Positions 11,060 to 22,407 of a stretch of 64,000 nucleotides of DNA are shown one piece after another. Below the pieces are notes generated by a model that saw only the letters and a list, made by a program, of their open reading frames with translations, did no database searches and was not told the DNA's origin. The DNA is from Spirochaetia bacterium. GTDB lineage: Bacteria > Spirochaetota > Spirochaetia > SZUA-6 > Bin103. Where the stretch lies: positions 32,001 to 96,000 of the forward strand of contig CBDAOI010000003.1 in assembly GCA_965198005.1 (NCBI GenBank), written 5' to 3'. The position numbers were made by a program, and so were the translations under genes. Each line of letters opens with the position of its first letter. The first letter of the stretch is position 1.

Positions 11060-11073
11060 TATTGCTCCTAATC

Positions 11074-12159
11074 CTAATCCGCCAAACGCGAGAGCCAAAC
11101 CCTCTCCTGAAGAAACCGCTCCTCCGTTTCGGACTCCATCACAGGTAGGCAGTACGACAGGAGGCTGTTCTCCCGCGGTACGACACGTCCGAAGACCATG
11201 AGACGCCGCTGCGACCACTTCGGTAGAGGAGAAAAGAAATCCAAGTGTATGCCGTCTGCGGCATCCCGCCGACGATAGAGCTGTGGCTTATTGAGGCAAC
11301 AGTCTATCGCCATTTGCAGATGCCAAGCCACATCGCAACCCCGCCATCGCGTCGTCTCGAAAGGCAAATCCAGCAGCCGGACAACTGATCCCTCCTCAAT
11401 AGCGGCGAAACACCAAATGGGCGGGCCGAATTCCTGTGGCCGTCTTGCGACGAAGACACCAGTCTGCCGTTTGAGTGTCGTCCATCGTCCAGGGTAGTAC
11501 GTGACAGGCTGCATCGGATCGAGAATTCGAAGCTCGCTTACAGCACCGCTTCGCGGCTGGGCTGCGAGCTGCGCTCTAACGCGTTCAAGCATGTTCTCGG
11601 CCGATTCGGATTTCGGACTTCTCATCCAGGCCCTGTCGGACATCTGCTGCAAGCCATGCTCGCGCAGTTCGGTGGGCAGCTCTTCATCCTGCGACGATGC
11701 GATGACGCGTGTGCAACCTTCGTAAGTGATGCGCGATGCCACGGAATGCGGCAGAAAGGAGTCCTGATCGGGAACGATTCCAAGAAGGAAAATGCTGCCG
11801 CTCGGGCGGACAACGAAGCTCGGAGGGGCCGCGAAGATCCAGGTTCCCTTGACCGACGGATCGTCCGTAGCGACATCGTTTAGTTCGAGGAGATCTCCGC
11901 CCACAATAAGGCCCTCGATAACCTCGTCCACGCGCTCAGGCAGTAGCGTCTCGTCGTTCGACAAGTATTGGAGGGACTCGAGTAGCGAGACGCGCAGCGT
12001 AGTGCGAGAACACGGGCAGTAGATGCCTGCACTCCGTCGAAGCATACCCGCTAGAAACACATCGTCGACAGGATCATGAGAATTCCCCGACAGACCAATC
12101 GTCTGCCTACTTTCCGAAAGCACATCATGCGGATCTATCTTGGTGATCACCACTTCCAC
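11074..12159 (-). CDS. Druantia accessory protein, DruD-like by position and size (361 aa)
   Basis: Co-oriented, directly upstream of druE, overlaps the preceding gene; no recognisable catalytic motif. Confidence 0.65.
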   Translation of the reverse strand: MEVVITKIDPHDVLSESRQTIGLSGNSHDPVDDVFLAGMLRRSAGIYCPCSRTTLRVSLLESLQYLSNDETLLPERVDEVIEGLIVGGDLLELNDVATDDPSVKGTWIFAAPPSFVVRPSGSIFLLGIVPDQDSFLPHSVASRITYEGCTRVIASSQDEELPTELREHGLQQMSDRAWMRSPKSESAENMLERVRAQLAAQPRSGAVSELRILDPMQPVTYYPGRWTTLKRQTGVFVARRPQEFGPPIWCFAAIEEGSVVRLLDLPFETTRWRGCDVAWHLQMAIDCCLNKPQLYRRRDAADGIHLDFFSPLPKWSQRRLMVFGRVVPRENSLLSYCLPVMESETEERFLQERVWLSRLAD

Positions 12160-15116
12160 CTCGGCAGTATACTGAATGATCCATTGGGCACGTTGTTGGC
12201 GCTCAAGAGCGCCAGCAGCCGGGCACCCCGCAGAATGGCCGGGGTCTCTCCGACCTTACGGAGAAGGGCGTCCAGCCTCGATCCGTACACACTCGACACG
12301 CGATGTGGCTGACTGGCCAGCCGGAGGGAAAAGTCGCACAGCTCCCTGTTCGTGCAGATACGGTACTGGCTCGCCAAGTCTGCATACCACTGCGAAGCCC
12401 GGGTCATGTCGCCATCCATCTTCACGTGATCGCGGCGCAACGCAGCAGCATAGTTTGGTCTTATTGCGACGGCTCGCTCCACAGATTGCTGCAGCTCTTC
12501 AACAGCCTTTCGCGAGACTCGGTTACTTCTGAAAGCATCCTCCACTCTTGCCCAGCGTTCGCCACATAACCTCAGATAGACTGCACGAACGTAGCCGTTC
12601 ATCAACTGCTCATGCCTGGCGTTGGCTACGAACCCGAACCGACGAGCGTCCTGCCACAGCGCAAGTAGATGCAACGCATCTGCCACCGTGACGGAACCAT
12701 CCTGAAGCTCAGAGAAGGTAGGTCGGATACCTAGGCCTTCTAGTCCCCGCGTGCTCACATTGCTGACCATCAACGTGTCGGAATGATGTTTGATCAGTAT
12801 CGCACTATCGTGTCCGGAACGCCCTCGGTCCGGACCATGGATTCCCGGATCACCCATCCGTACAGTGTGCTTAGCAATAAAGAGTCCCCCAGGAGGTTCG
12901 TCAACCGACATTCCTGTTAGCGCTTCTTGGACGGTCAGTCGCTTGCCGCGAAGAGGCCGATCCATGCTAAAGAACCGAACGTTCGGCTCAGACTCTTCGT
13001 GTCCCGTGTCGTCGATCAGCCGGACGACGATCCTATCACGATCGCCGTGCACTACCCAGCGTACGGGAGGAGACCGACGTTCAAATCGAAAGAGACATTC
13101 CCCGAGTTCCTCTCCTGCGATCAGCAGCTGCCCACTAGTTGCCTCGAGATATGCAGCGGTACACTTCTCGTCATTCAAGAATCGATTGAACCTCGAACGC
13201 CAAGCATCGGGCTTGATCGGTAGTCTCATGCGTCCGCCGATCTGCTCTGAGAAAAGCTCTTGACGGTCGTTCCCTTGGAGTGAGACGGAAAGAGATACGG
13301 AGTGACTCTCTGGACCGAATACTGATAAGGTTACTTCGTTCCTCCAAAAAGTATCGAGATCAGCGTGTTCCGGGTCGAGACTCACAATCAAGGCTCGATG
13401 AGAGACGAATCCGGGGGTCCAAGCCTCGGGCTCTCGCACGTTAACCTCAATGAACCCTTCTGCCGCAGGCGTTTGTACGATCGAATCCAAAGAAGCACTT
13501 CTGCGAGCCTTTATCGTAAGCAGGTGCTTCCCTACGGTGAGTGGCAAAATACGTACAAAAACCGGCTGGCCTACCTCTCCTGCTGCAATAACTGTCTCTA
13601 CGCCGTCATCTATTCTGAGTGCATACGTGTCTACGGGGTGATCGTGCACTATTCCGAAGCAGGGTGCCTCTGTGGTCAGCCACTCACTGTTACCTTCCCC
13701 ATCCCAGTTGCGGGCGGGAAGTCCTGCCGCCCAGACCCGAATCGTACGCGCCACTTGCAAGCCAAGTTGGTTCAGCCACCGAGTATCATCTACGGATACC
13801 TCCGAAGGTATCAGAAGACGAAAGGACCTTATCCCGGCACAATCGATCCTGCATGTGCTGATGCCGACGTGAGGTTCTGGAGACTCTCCTGTTGTGAGAA
13901 CGATGTAGCTAAAGCCAGGGCGAACGACACGACCAATGATCTCACGGGCGGTGCCGTCTCCCGCGACCCGGAACAACCAGATCGGACCAGGACTGAGACG
14001 GCATTCGGTCTCCAGAAGATTATCGATTACACCTTGGGACCGATCAAACTGTATAAGCGGCTTTGTCAAATCAGGCCAGGATCTCAGAATGCCCTTTCTA
14101 TTGCCCGAGAGAATCCACCCCGCCGGCTTAATGTCATCGGCACCGTTGAGACAGCATCGAGTGGACTTCAGGAAGGTATGAATATCAGGGCTCAATGTCG
14201 CGACGTCTCTAAATGACGGAATCTCCATGCGGACAGACCAAGTACCAGCGCCCCTATGGCCCAACACGACACTCGGTCGAATACGAAACGGCGCCGCTTC
14301 CAGCGCCTCCTGGAGCGCTCGCTGAGGAAACCACAGTCTTCCGCGTGGCCCGGCACCACGACCAATTCCGACAAAGCGATCAGTGACAACTTGTCGCGTC
14401 TCTTTCAGCCACGTGCGTGCACTTCTAACCTCCTCCATATTATGGACAATACGCTTAAGCGTGGGCTGATAAATTCCTGATGGTGCGTCCGTTTCAGCCG
14501 GTGTCGAATCGAGGAGCGATAGTACAATTCGCCCTATTAGATCCTCTTGCTGAAGAAACTCCTGGAAGCGTAACGACGTGTGGCGCTCGTTACTGGCTAG
14601 TAATCGCCCAATCGCTGTTGGAGCTCGCGTCTCTAAACCCGCAAGACGAAATCGTAGATGGTAGAGGGCTCGGGCAAGCTGCTCCTGGAGATAACGAGGC
14701 ACAATCGCATGCGTAATTGGCCACGCAATTATTCTGAAATGATCGGCCCACGGACCGGACGGTACTACTGCTTCATAGGCCTTCTGAAACTTTCTGAACC
14801 ACGGCACGAGTCGGTAGCGGTCCCTATACTCCCACTCCGGCGTCTGCTTCTCAAACGACGCCCAGTACTCGTCTCCACTATAGGAGTATCCGCGCTCTGT
14901 CGCATAGATCACCCAGAGAAGCCAGTGCCGTGAAGATACCTCGAATCTAAGCTCTGACCGAATCAGCGACGAGAGTTCATTCAATTCTACGCTATTCAGA
15001 CCATGCTCTAAGGCAAATATAGGCTGCCCGATTCCTGCACGAATACGTGCAAGCGACTCAAAGTGCCGCTCAAGCCGTTCCTGCCATGCGTCAGGAGTCC
15101 TCGCCGTCGCTAACAT
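12147..15116 (-). CDS. Druantia accessory protein (989 aa), occupying the DruB/DruC position
   Basis: Single uninterrupted ORF between the DruA-like and DruD-like genes, overlapping both. Confidence 0.65.
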   Translation of the reverse strand: MLATARTPDAWQERLERHFESLARIRAGIGQPIFALEHGLNSVELNELSSLIRSELRFEVSSRHWLLWVIYATERGYSYSGDEYWASFEKQTPEWEYRDRYRLVPWFRKFQKAYEAVVPSGPWADHFRIIAWPITHAIVPRYLQEQLARALYHLRFRLAGLETRAPTAIGRLLASNERHTSLRFQEFLQQEDLIGRIVLSLLDSTPAETDAPSGIYQPTLKRIVHNMEEVRSARTWLKETRQVVTDRFVGIGRGAGPRGRLWFPQRALQEALEAAPFRIRPSVVLGHRGAGTWSVRMEIPSFRDVATLSPDIHTFLKSTRCCLNGADDIKPAGWILSGNRKGILRSWPDLTKPLIQFDRSQGVIDNLLETECRLSPGPIWLFRVAGDGTAREIIGRVVRPGFSYIVLTTGESPEPHVGISTCRIDCAGIRSFRLLIPSEVSVDDTRWLNQLGLQVARTIRVWAAGLPARNWDGEGNSEWLTTEAPCFGIVHDHPVDTYALRIDDGVETVIAAGEVGQPVFVRILPLTVGKHLLTIKARRSASLDSIVQTPAAEGFIEVNVREPEAWTPGFVSHRALIVSLDPEHADLDTFWRNEVTLSVFGPESHSVSLSVSLQGNDRQELFSEQIGGRMRLPIKPDAWRSRFNRFLNDEKCTAAYLEATSGQLLIAGEELGECLFRFERRSPPVRWVVHGDRDRIVVRLIDDTGHEESEPNVRFFSMDRPLRGKRLTVQEALTGMSVDEPPGGLFIAKHTVRMGDPGIHGPDRGRSGHDSAILIKHHSDTLMVSNVSTRGLEGLGIRPTFSELQDGSVTVADALHLLALWQDARRFGFVANARHEQLMNGYVRAVYLRLCGERWARVEDAFRSNRVSRKAVEELQQSVERAVAIRPNYAAALRRDHVKMDGDMTRASQWYADLASQYRICTNRELCDFSLRLASQPHRVSSVYGSRLDALLRKVGETPAILRGARLLALLSANNVPNGSFSILPRWKW

Positions 15117-16363
15117 GCTCCAGTCTCGTATCCTCCTGCTTCGCTCGCGTTCATCGCATCAGTTTGTATGGTCCGACCATGCTTCTCAATAACGTCCATT
15201 AGGTCATCACGCGTCCATTGCTGATATTCAAGTCTCCGTCGAGAACGTGGAAGTATCCAACGCTCAAGCGCCAGATCAGCGACCTCACTGACATCCAGAA
15301 GTGATGAAAGATCCGGACTGCCTGTGCCCGTAAGAAGCATCTTCGTCGCGTTGGATGCAAGCAAGGAGATAAAGACTTCTCTTTGAATACCGTGACGAAG
15401 CAAGTCGTCATTGAAGCCCAGCTCCTCCAAAGCCGCACGGGTTGTGCGGAGCCGCCAGTTCGGCCCTTGTCCAAATTGGTGGAGATCTGCGTACGGATGT
15501 CCAATTCGACGAAGGTAGTCACGCAGCTCTGCAAACAGCTCGTCAGGGATGTGAAAGTGTCCCCATCCGTTTGTGTAACCGATAGAACGAAAGTAATAGG
15601 CGCCGTCCAATCTTAGTCGGTTGTAAACCGAAGATCGGCCCAGTGCAGATGTCGTAGTCACAGCAAGAAGCCGTGCATTCTTCTGTTTCCGGGAAATAAT
15701 ACCCGTCGTCTTGCCGTATGTATGCTCAAAGTCTTCATATACGTTACGAGTGCGGATAAGGCACGCCACCATTTTCCCGCCAAGCAAAAAGCTATATGGT
15801 GGTAGAGATCCTAAGACATAGGCGTCCATAATGTTAACAAGACGCGCTCGTCTACCGTGCACGTCCCAACCGATCATGCTATCGCGCACCGAGAGATTGA
15901 AGACCGGATCCCCGATCGCAATTAGTCCGATTATTTTGCCATTATTCTTGTCCCATACAAGATATCGCAGGCGTCTACCAAATCCGCTTGATACTGGAAC
16001 TGACCAGGTGAGGGACGCCATTCTAAAGAGATCTGACTGCCATGTCCCTGCGAGAATCCTCTCAAGGACAGGCGATATTTTGGTCGGCTCGACCTCGCTC
16101 CCTGTTGCAAAATACTTGATTAGTCTTGGGACACGGTGTGATAGAAAATCACAGTTTCTGTTCTGACGGTCAAGCCGTTGTGAGCTATGAAGCGCGCGAA
16201 TATTGTCTTTCGTACAACTATTGACTCTAAGGGAACCATCTGCTGATCTCTCAAATCCAAGCGTATGGAGATGACCACGTATCTTTCTCTTAAGGGTGGC
16301 CTCGCGGAACGTGACGTGAATCACTGGGTGACTGATCTGCGTCATACTATGGCTCTCAGTCAC
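15110..16363 (-). CDS. druA: DruA-like DUF4338 protein (417 aa)
   Basis: TWSVPVSSGFGRRLRYLVWD...IGLIAIGDPVFNLSVRD..IGW, LPPYSFLLGGKMVA, TTTSALGRSSVYNRL motifs. Confidence 0.8.
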   Translation of the reverse strand: MTESHSMTQISHPVIHVTFREATLKRKIRGHLHTLGFERSADGSLRVNSCTKDNIRALHSSQRLDRQNRNCDFLSHRVPRLIKYFATGSEVEPTKISPVLERILAGTWQSDLFRMASLTWSVPVSSGFGRRLRYLVWDKNNGKIIGLIAIGDPVFNLSVRDSMIGWDVHGRRARLVNIMDAYVLGSLPPYSFLLGGKMVACLIRTRNVYEDFEHTYGKTTGIISRKQKNARLLAVTTTSALGRSSVYNRLRLDGAYYFRSIGYTNGWGHFHIPDELFAELRDYLRRIGHPYADLHQFGQGPNWRLRTTRAALEELGFNDDLLRHGIQREVFISLLASNATKMLLTGTGSPDLSSLLDVSEVADLALERWILPRSRRRLEYQQWTRDDLMDVIEKHGRTIQTDAMNASEAGGYETGAC

Positions 16364-17221
16364 CCGACAACCCCAGTTGTCTCTCGCCCCGTCGGCAAGC
16401 CTTGAGCAACTCCAGATCGGGGCGCGTTGTCTCGCCCTCCGTGGTCAGCATCGTCTTCAAGAGCCCTTCTTGTCCTATAGGAAGCGGCACGGGCTGGCGT
16501 AGTCAAGTGTTCCTCCCTTTCCTCCCTTACAAATCGTGGCCTAGCACCCCTAGCACCATATTACAGATCCCCTCCCGGTAGCCGGGCGACTCTCTTGGCG
16601 GGGCGGCTCGCCGCCCGCATTAGGCACGCTTTTGCGCGGGGGGTGGCGCCGTCCTTCTTCGGCGCTATGATTTCGTCCACGGATTCCGCCATCGTCGTCG
16701 CGTCAGCCAGGTCTGAACGGCCGCACCGCGGTGCGCGGTGCAAGGGGGCTGCTTCGCTGAGTTTGCGAGTGAACAAGGTCTCGCCGTCCAGAATTCCAAG
16801 TATACCATATCAGCGTGCTGACGCGGCAGTCACCGGTCAGTCGCCCTCGGTTGCCAGGTGCGGGACGCGGCAGGCGCGTTCCGTAACTGCGTGGCCGGCG
16901 TCCGGGGTCGACGCCACCGGCTGGAACTGGTCGGCTCAGTTCGGCGGTCTGGGCTACGACGGCGACCTCGACCTGTACGCGGTCAACGGCATGGTCGGCG
17001 AGGCGTTCGCGTACCTACCCGGCGCGGAGCTGCTGTTGACAGGCTGGCCAATGCCAAGGCGGACAAGCCCGCTCCCAATGCTGTCGCGGAGCGGGTCGAG
17101 GTCCTGGAAGCCTCTTCGTCGGCGTTCGCCCGGAGCGGCCGCCCGCCGGCAATGTCAGGCTCCAAGCCGCGCGGGCCGAGAGGTCCCCGCCACACGCTCT
17201 GATTCGAGCGTGATAATCGCG

Positions 17222-17697
17222 ATGGCAGAGGCCCCCATAGCGTATCCGGTGAATCTGATCGATCAATACGACGGCACCGTACTGGTGACGTCGCCGGACT
17301 TCCCCGAGCTGACGACGTTCGGAGCGGTTCGGGCCGAGGCGTTGGCGCATGCCGTAGGAGCATTCGCGGAGGCGAATCGCAGGGGCATTCACGCCCGGAT
17401 GGATGTTCCGGCGCCGACGCCCACGGAGGGTGATTGTGCACACGTCGCAACGCTGACGATCGTGAAGGTGTTGCTCTACCGGGGCTCCGCGACGCGCGTG
17501 TCACGTGTCAGCAGGTCGGAGCTGGCGCGCCGCCTCAACTGGCACCTGCCGCGGTCGATCGCGGGCTCGACCTGAACCATGGCTCGCGGCTGGACCAGAT
17601 CGACGTAGCGCTCGCGGCCGACGGCCTGCGGTTGGATGTAGGCGTCGTCGCCATACGTTCGGGTTCACCTGCGGCTGCGACGAGCGATGGCACCTGA
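17222..17697 (+). pseudogene. HicB-family antitoxin, frameshifted (further copies start at 18470 and 19702)
   Basis: YPVNLIDQYDGTVLVTSPDFPELTTFG..RAEALAHA; the HTH SRSELARRLNWH continues in another frame as DLNHGSRLDQID. Confidence 0.75.
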
Positions 17698-17781
17698 CTG
17701 TCACGGTGGCGGCGGCCGCGGATGTGGATGGGGCACGCGAGATACCTGAACGTGCGCTGCCACCACGTCACCGTATCCAGC

Positions 17782-17910
17782 CTACCGGCGGCAACTCACC
17801 GGATATTCAAGGATCCCTTCGTCCGGTGTCAGGATCGTGGCCGTGGCGCCGAGGGCGGCTGCTACCAGAAGGCGGTCGAACGGGTCGTGATGCATCGGCA
17901 ATTCGGATGG
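17782..17910 (-). pseudogene. PIN/VapC toxin C-terminal scrap (one per repeat unit)
   Basis: ELPMHHDPFDRLLVAAA...TILTPDEGILEY. Confidence 0.7.
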
Positions 17911-18290
17911 GCGATACCACCTGCCATGCGATGGCGTTCGCCGAAGGCGACATCGACAACGACGGGCGCTTCGAGCCGCTCCCGGCGGACGTGAAGCCGT
18001 ACGGTTCGGGAGCCGACGTCGACGCGGCCTGGGGACCGGTGCTGCCGCCGGACGCCGGACGCCTACTACACGGGACGGCCCGGACATACGCCAATGCCCT
18101 CCAGGTGCGGGACGCGGGCCGGCGCGTTCCGCAACCGCGTGGCCGGCGTCCGGCGGCGACGCCACCGGCTGGAACTGGTCGGCTCAGTTCGGCGGTCTGG
18201 GCTACGATGGCGACCTCGACCCGTACACGGTCAACGGCATGGTCGGCGAGGCGTTCGGGTACCTACCCGGCGCGGAGCTGCTGTTGACAG
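17910..18290 (+). pseudogene. FG-GAP/CRTAC1-like protein scrap (one per repeat unit)
   Basis: MAFAEGDIDNDGRFE, GVDATGWNWSAQFG...DGDLDLYAVNG; frameshifted. Confidence 0.7.
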
Positions 18291-20799
18291 GCTGGCCAGT
18301 GCCAAGGCGGGCAAGCCCGCTCCCGATGCTGTCGCGGAGCGGGTCGAGATCCTGGAAGCCTCTTCGTCGGCGTTCCCCCGGAGCGGCCGCACGCCCGCAA
18401 TGTCAGGCTCCAAGCCGCGCGGGCCGAGAGGTCCCCGCCACACGCTCTGATTCGAGCGTGATAATCGCGATGGCAGAGGCCCCCAGAGCGTATCCGGTGA
18501 ATCTGATCGATGAATACGACGGCACCGTACTGGTGGCGTGGCCGGACTTCCCGGAGCAGACGACGTTCGGAGCGCAGCGGGCCGAGGCGCTGGCGCATGC
18601 CGTAGGAGCATTGGCGGAGGCGAATCGCGTGGGTATTCACGCTCCGATGGACGTGCCGGCGCCGACGCCCATGGACGGTGATTGCGCGGACGTTGCAACG
18701 CTGACGATCGCGAAGGTGTTGCTCTACCGGGGAGGCGCGACGCGCGTGTCACGTGTTAGCAGGTCGGAGCTGGCGCGCCGTCTCAACTGGCACTTTCCGC
18801 GGTCGATCGCGGGCTCGACCTGAACCACGGCTCGCGGCTGGACCAGATCGACGCAGCGCTCGCGGCCGACGGCCTGCGGTTGGATGTAGGCGTCGTCGCC
18901 ATCCGTTCGGGTTCACCTGCGACTGCGACGAGCGATGGTGCCTGACTGTCACGGTGGCGGCGGCCGCGGATGTGGATGGGGCACGCGAGATACCTGAACG
19001 TGCGCTGCCACCACGTCACCGTATCCCAGCCTACCGGCGGCAACTCACCGAGTATTCAAGGATCCCTTCGTCCGGTGTCAGGATCGTGGGCGTGGCGCCG
19101 AGGGCGGCTGCTACCAGAAGGCGGTCGAACGGGTCGTGATGCATCGGCAATTCGGATGGGCGATACCACCTATCATGCGATGGCGTTCGCCGAAGGCGAC
19201 ATCGACAACGACGGCCGCTTCGAGCCGCTCGCGGCGGACATGAAGCCGTACGGTTCGGGAGCCGACATCGACGCGGCCTGCGCACCGGTGCTGCCGCCGG
19301 ACGCCTACTACACGGGACGGCCCGGACATACGCCAATGCCCTCCAGGTGCGGGACGCGGCCGGCGCGTTCCGCAACCGCGTGGCCGGCGTCCGGCGTCGA
19401 CGCCACCGGCTGGAACTGGTCGGCTCAGTTCGGCGGTCTGGGCTACGACGGCGACCTCGACCTGTACGCGGTCAACGGCATGGTCGGCGAGGCGTTCGGG
19501 TACCTACCCGGCGCGGAGCTGCTGTCGACAGGCTGGCCAGTGCCAAGGCGGGCAAGCCCGCTCCCAATGCTGTCGCGGAGCCGGTCGAGGTCCTGGAAGC
19601 CTGTTCGTCGGCGTTCGCCCGGAGCGGCCGCCCGTCAGGCTCCAAGCCGCGCGGGCCGAGAGGTCCCCGCCACACGCTCTGATTCGAGCGTGATAATCCC
19701 GATGGCAGAGGCCCCCAGAGCGTATCCGGTGAATCTGATCGATGAATACGACGGCACAGTACTGGTGGCGTGGCCGGACTTCCCCGAGCTGACGACGTTC
19801 GGAGCGGATCGGGCCGAGGCGTTGGCGCATGTCGTAGGAGCATTCGCGGAGGCGAATCGCATGGGCATTCACGCTCCGATGGACGTGGCGGCGCCGACGC
19901 CCACGGTGATTGTGCGCACGTCGCAACGCTGACGGTCACGAAGGTGTTGCTCTACCGGGGCTCCGCGACGCGCGTGTCACGTGTCAGCAGGTCGGAGCTG
20001 GCGCGCCGCCTCAACTGGCAGTTTCGGCCGTCGATCGCGTGCTTGACCTGAACCGCGGCTCGCGCCTGGACCAGATCGACGCAGCGCTCGTGGCCGACGG
20101 CCTGCGGTTGGATGTAGGCGTCGCCGCCATACATTCGGGTTCACCTGCGGCTGCGACGAACGACGGCACCTGACTGTCACGGTGGCGGCGGCCGCTGATG
20201 TGGATGGGGCACGCGAGATACCTGAACGTGCGCTGCCACCACGTCACCGTATCCAGCCTACCGGCGGCAACTCACCGAGTATTCAAGGATCCCTTCGTCC
20301 GGTGTCAGGATCGTGGGCGTGGCGCCGAGGGCGGCTGCTACCAGAAGGCGGTCGAACGGGTCGTGATGCATCGGCAATTCGGATGGGCGATACCACCTAC
20401 CATGCGATGGCGTTCGCCGAAGGCGACATCGACAACCACGGCCGCTTCGAGCCGCTCCCCGGCGGACATGAAGCCGTACGGTTCGGGAGCCGACGTCGAC
20501 GCGCCCTCGGGACCGGTGCTGCCGCCGGACGCCTACTACACGGGACGGCCCGGAGATACGCCAATGCCCTCCAGGTGCGGGACGCGGCCGGCGCGTTCCG
20601 CAACCGCGTGGCCGGCGTCCGGCGTCGACGCCACCGGCTGAAACTGGTCGGTTCAGTTCGGCGGTCTGGGCTACGACGGCGACCTCGACCTGTACACGGT
20701 CAACGGCATGGTCGGCGAGGCGTTGGGTACCTACCCGGCGCGGAGCTGCTGTTGACAGGCTGGCCAGTGCCAAGGCGGGCAAGCCCGCTCCCATAGCTC

Positions 20800-20962
20800 A
20801 AGCGGCTCAACACGGCGATCAGGCGCTGCTGGAGTAACACAGCGCGGGCCCCTTTCGGCGGCTGCCTACTCACGGCGCGAGCTGTTCGGGCAGATCGAGC
20901 AGCAGCTCCCGGCGCCGTTGCCGGCGCACCAGTTCCTGCTGCACCGGATCCGCGAAGTGACT
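20800..20962 (+). pseudogene. IS21 istA internal scrap
   Basis: SRRELFGQIEQQLPAPLPAHQFLL-type peptide. Confidence 0.55.
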
Positions 20963-21030
20963 AAGCGGGCCCCGCCTAACGACGGCTCCGTACGCATGAG
21001 TTGCCGCGCCGGTACTCGGCACGGCGGTTG

Positions 21031-21408
21031 TCATGGTGGGGGGACGAACCCCAGGGGCTCCGGCTGGTGAGGGGGGCCGGCTTCCATCAATCCGGCGGCT
21101 TCCTGCGCAGCCTGTAAGCTGTCATGGTCGTCGTATTTCGCCTTCAGTACGGTCCGGCCACCCTCATCGACGTCATACAATCGGAGCGGATAGAGCGCTT
21201 TCGTGCCGTCGTGGTACTCCTTCGCGATACGCCACCGGAAGCGCGGAGCACCATTCCGTGCTTCGCGTCGGTCCCGTTCCCAATCCTCGGACGCTTGGCC
21301 CGGTAGCGGCGCCCGCTCGATTGTCGCGCTCCGGTGCGTCCATCCGCACCCGTCGACGCCCATTTGCGTATCCACGTCAGGCAATGGTAGCGATTGTCTA
21401 TTGCTCAT
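21031..21408 (-). CDS. Hypothetical protein (125 aa)
   Basis: ATG preceded by GGAG; plausible amino-acid composition. Confidence 0.5.
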   Translation of the reverse strand: MSNRQSLPLPDVDTQMGVDGCGWTHRSATIERAPLPGQASEDWERDRREARNGAPRFRWRIAKEYHDGTKALYPLRLYDVDEGGRTVLKAKYDDHDSLQAAQEAAGLMEAGPPHQPEPLGFVPPP

Positions 21409-21489
21409 CCACGTCTCCGCGCGTCTCCGACCTCTCCGGGTGCGACTCCAGATTGCGGATAGATTGTGCTGCCACCCATTCGATGGAGC

Positions 21490-21650
21490 ACTGAGGCGGT
21501 GGCGGCAGGGTCCGCACGAAGTCGGATTCGAAACGCCCGTTCATGATGCGTGCGGGCGACTGCAGCCATGTGCCGTGCCCCGGCCGGTGTCCAGGTCATG
21601 CAGGTCTGCTTCATGCGCGCTGCCACTACGTGTTTGCGACCGCTCTCCAC
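21490..21650 (-). pseudogene. Second ISKra4/ISLre2-like transposase C-terminal scrap
   Basis: ESGRKHVVAARMKQTCMTWTPAGA is homologous to 77-268. Confidence 0.65.
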
Positions 21651-21654
21651 CGTG

Positions 21655-21890
21655 CCCGGCCGAGGGCTCCAGCGCCGCCTACACGGTGCACCTGCCCAGC
21701 GACCCCACGGCTCCAGCGACGGTTACGCTGACGCAGCCGACGAACACCGACGTAACCGTGGACACGGACCAAGCACCGGAAGCACCGGCGGGAACACGTT
21801 GACCTTCACCCCTCGAATTCGAGCACGCTGTAGCGGGTGGCGCTTTCGGTGGCTGGAGACGACGACGCGGTCAACGAGAAAGCCACGGTT
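21655..21890 (+). pseudogene. Scrap of a Calx-beta/cadherin-like surface-protein repeat
   Basis: EGSSAAYTVHLPSDPTAPATVTL...TDVTVD...TLTFTP...VAGDDDAVNE; frameshifted. Confidence 0.5.
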
Positions 21891-21919
21891 GTAGGCCAAC
21901 ACGCTGCAGCTGCGGGACC

Positions 21920-22035
21920 GGCCGGGGCGTTCCGCAAACGCGCGGCCGGCGCCGGGGTCGACGCCAGCGGCTGGAACTGGTTGGCCCTGTTGGGCGACCT
22001 CGACAACAACGGCGACCTCGACGTCGTGATCAACA
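21920..22035 (+). pseudogene. Divergent FG-GAP scrap
   Basis: GAGVDASGWNWLALLGDLDNNGDLDVVIN. Confidence 0.65.
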
Positions 22036-22407
22036 CCTTCCGCATCCCGGCGGCGCCAGCCTCCAGGAGCGCTGACCGTCGCGAAGGTGATGCTACCCGG
22101 GGATTCGCGGCGCGCGCGTCAGCCGAGTTGCTGACGTTGGACCCCGACGACACCGGCCGCGCCCGGTCTACGCCAACAGCCTGCCTATCGCGACATGGAG
22201 TGGGCCGACGACATGGTCAGCCGGACCGGCAACCTGCCCGCCGACACGGTGACCCCACGACGGCTAACGCCCCATGACGTTGCGCCGCCGACGCTCGTAG
22301 CGGCGCGAAGCTGTTATCTGGACAGGCAACCTGATGGCGATGGCTTCGACGGTCAAAGGGGGCGGGCCGCCACCCGAGGCGGCCCGCTTCTCGGACGATA
22401 CCAGCTA

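Larger units (their letters stand above)
16854..20793 (+). repeat. Tandem array of ~1.24-kb units (three full plus one partial)
   Basis: Unit starts (ccaggtgcgggacgcgg) at 16854, 18101, 19343 and 20571; copies differ by scattered substitutions and indels. Confidence 0.95.

Noticed and set aside
11060-11218. 53-aa N-terminal extension of the 1904-aa ORF
   Set aside because: It overlaps the upstream gene; the ATG at 11059 has a good RBS
16595-19932. Long ORFs 16595-17575 and 18970-19932 as real fusion proteins
   Set aside because: They read through unrelated scraps in mixed frames and are not conserved between repeat units
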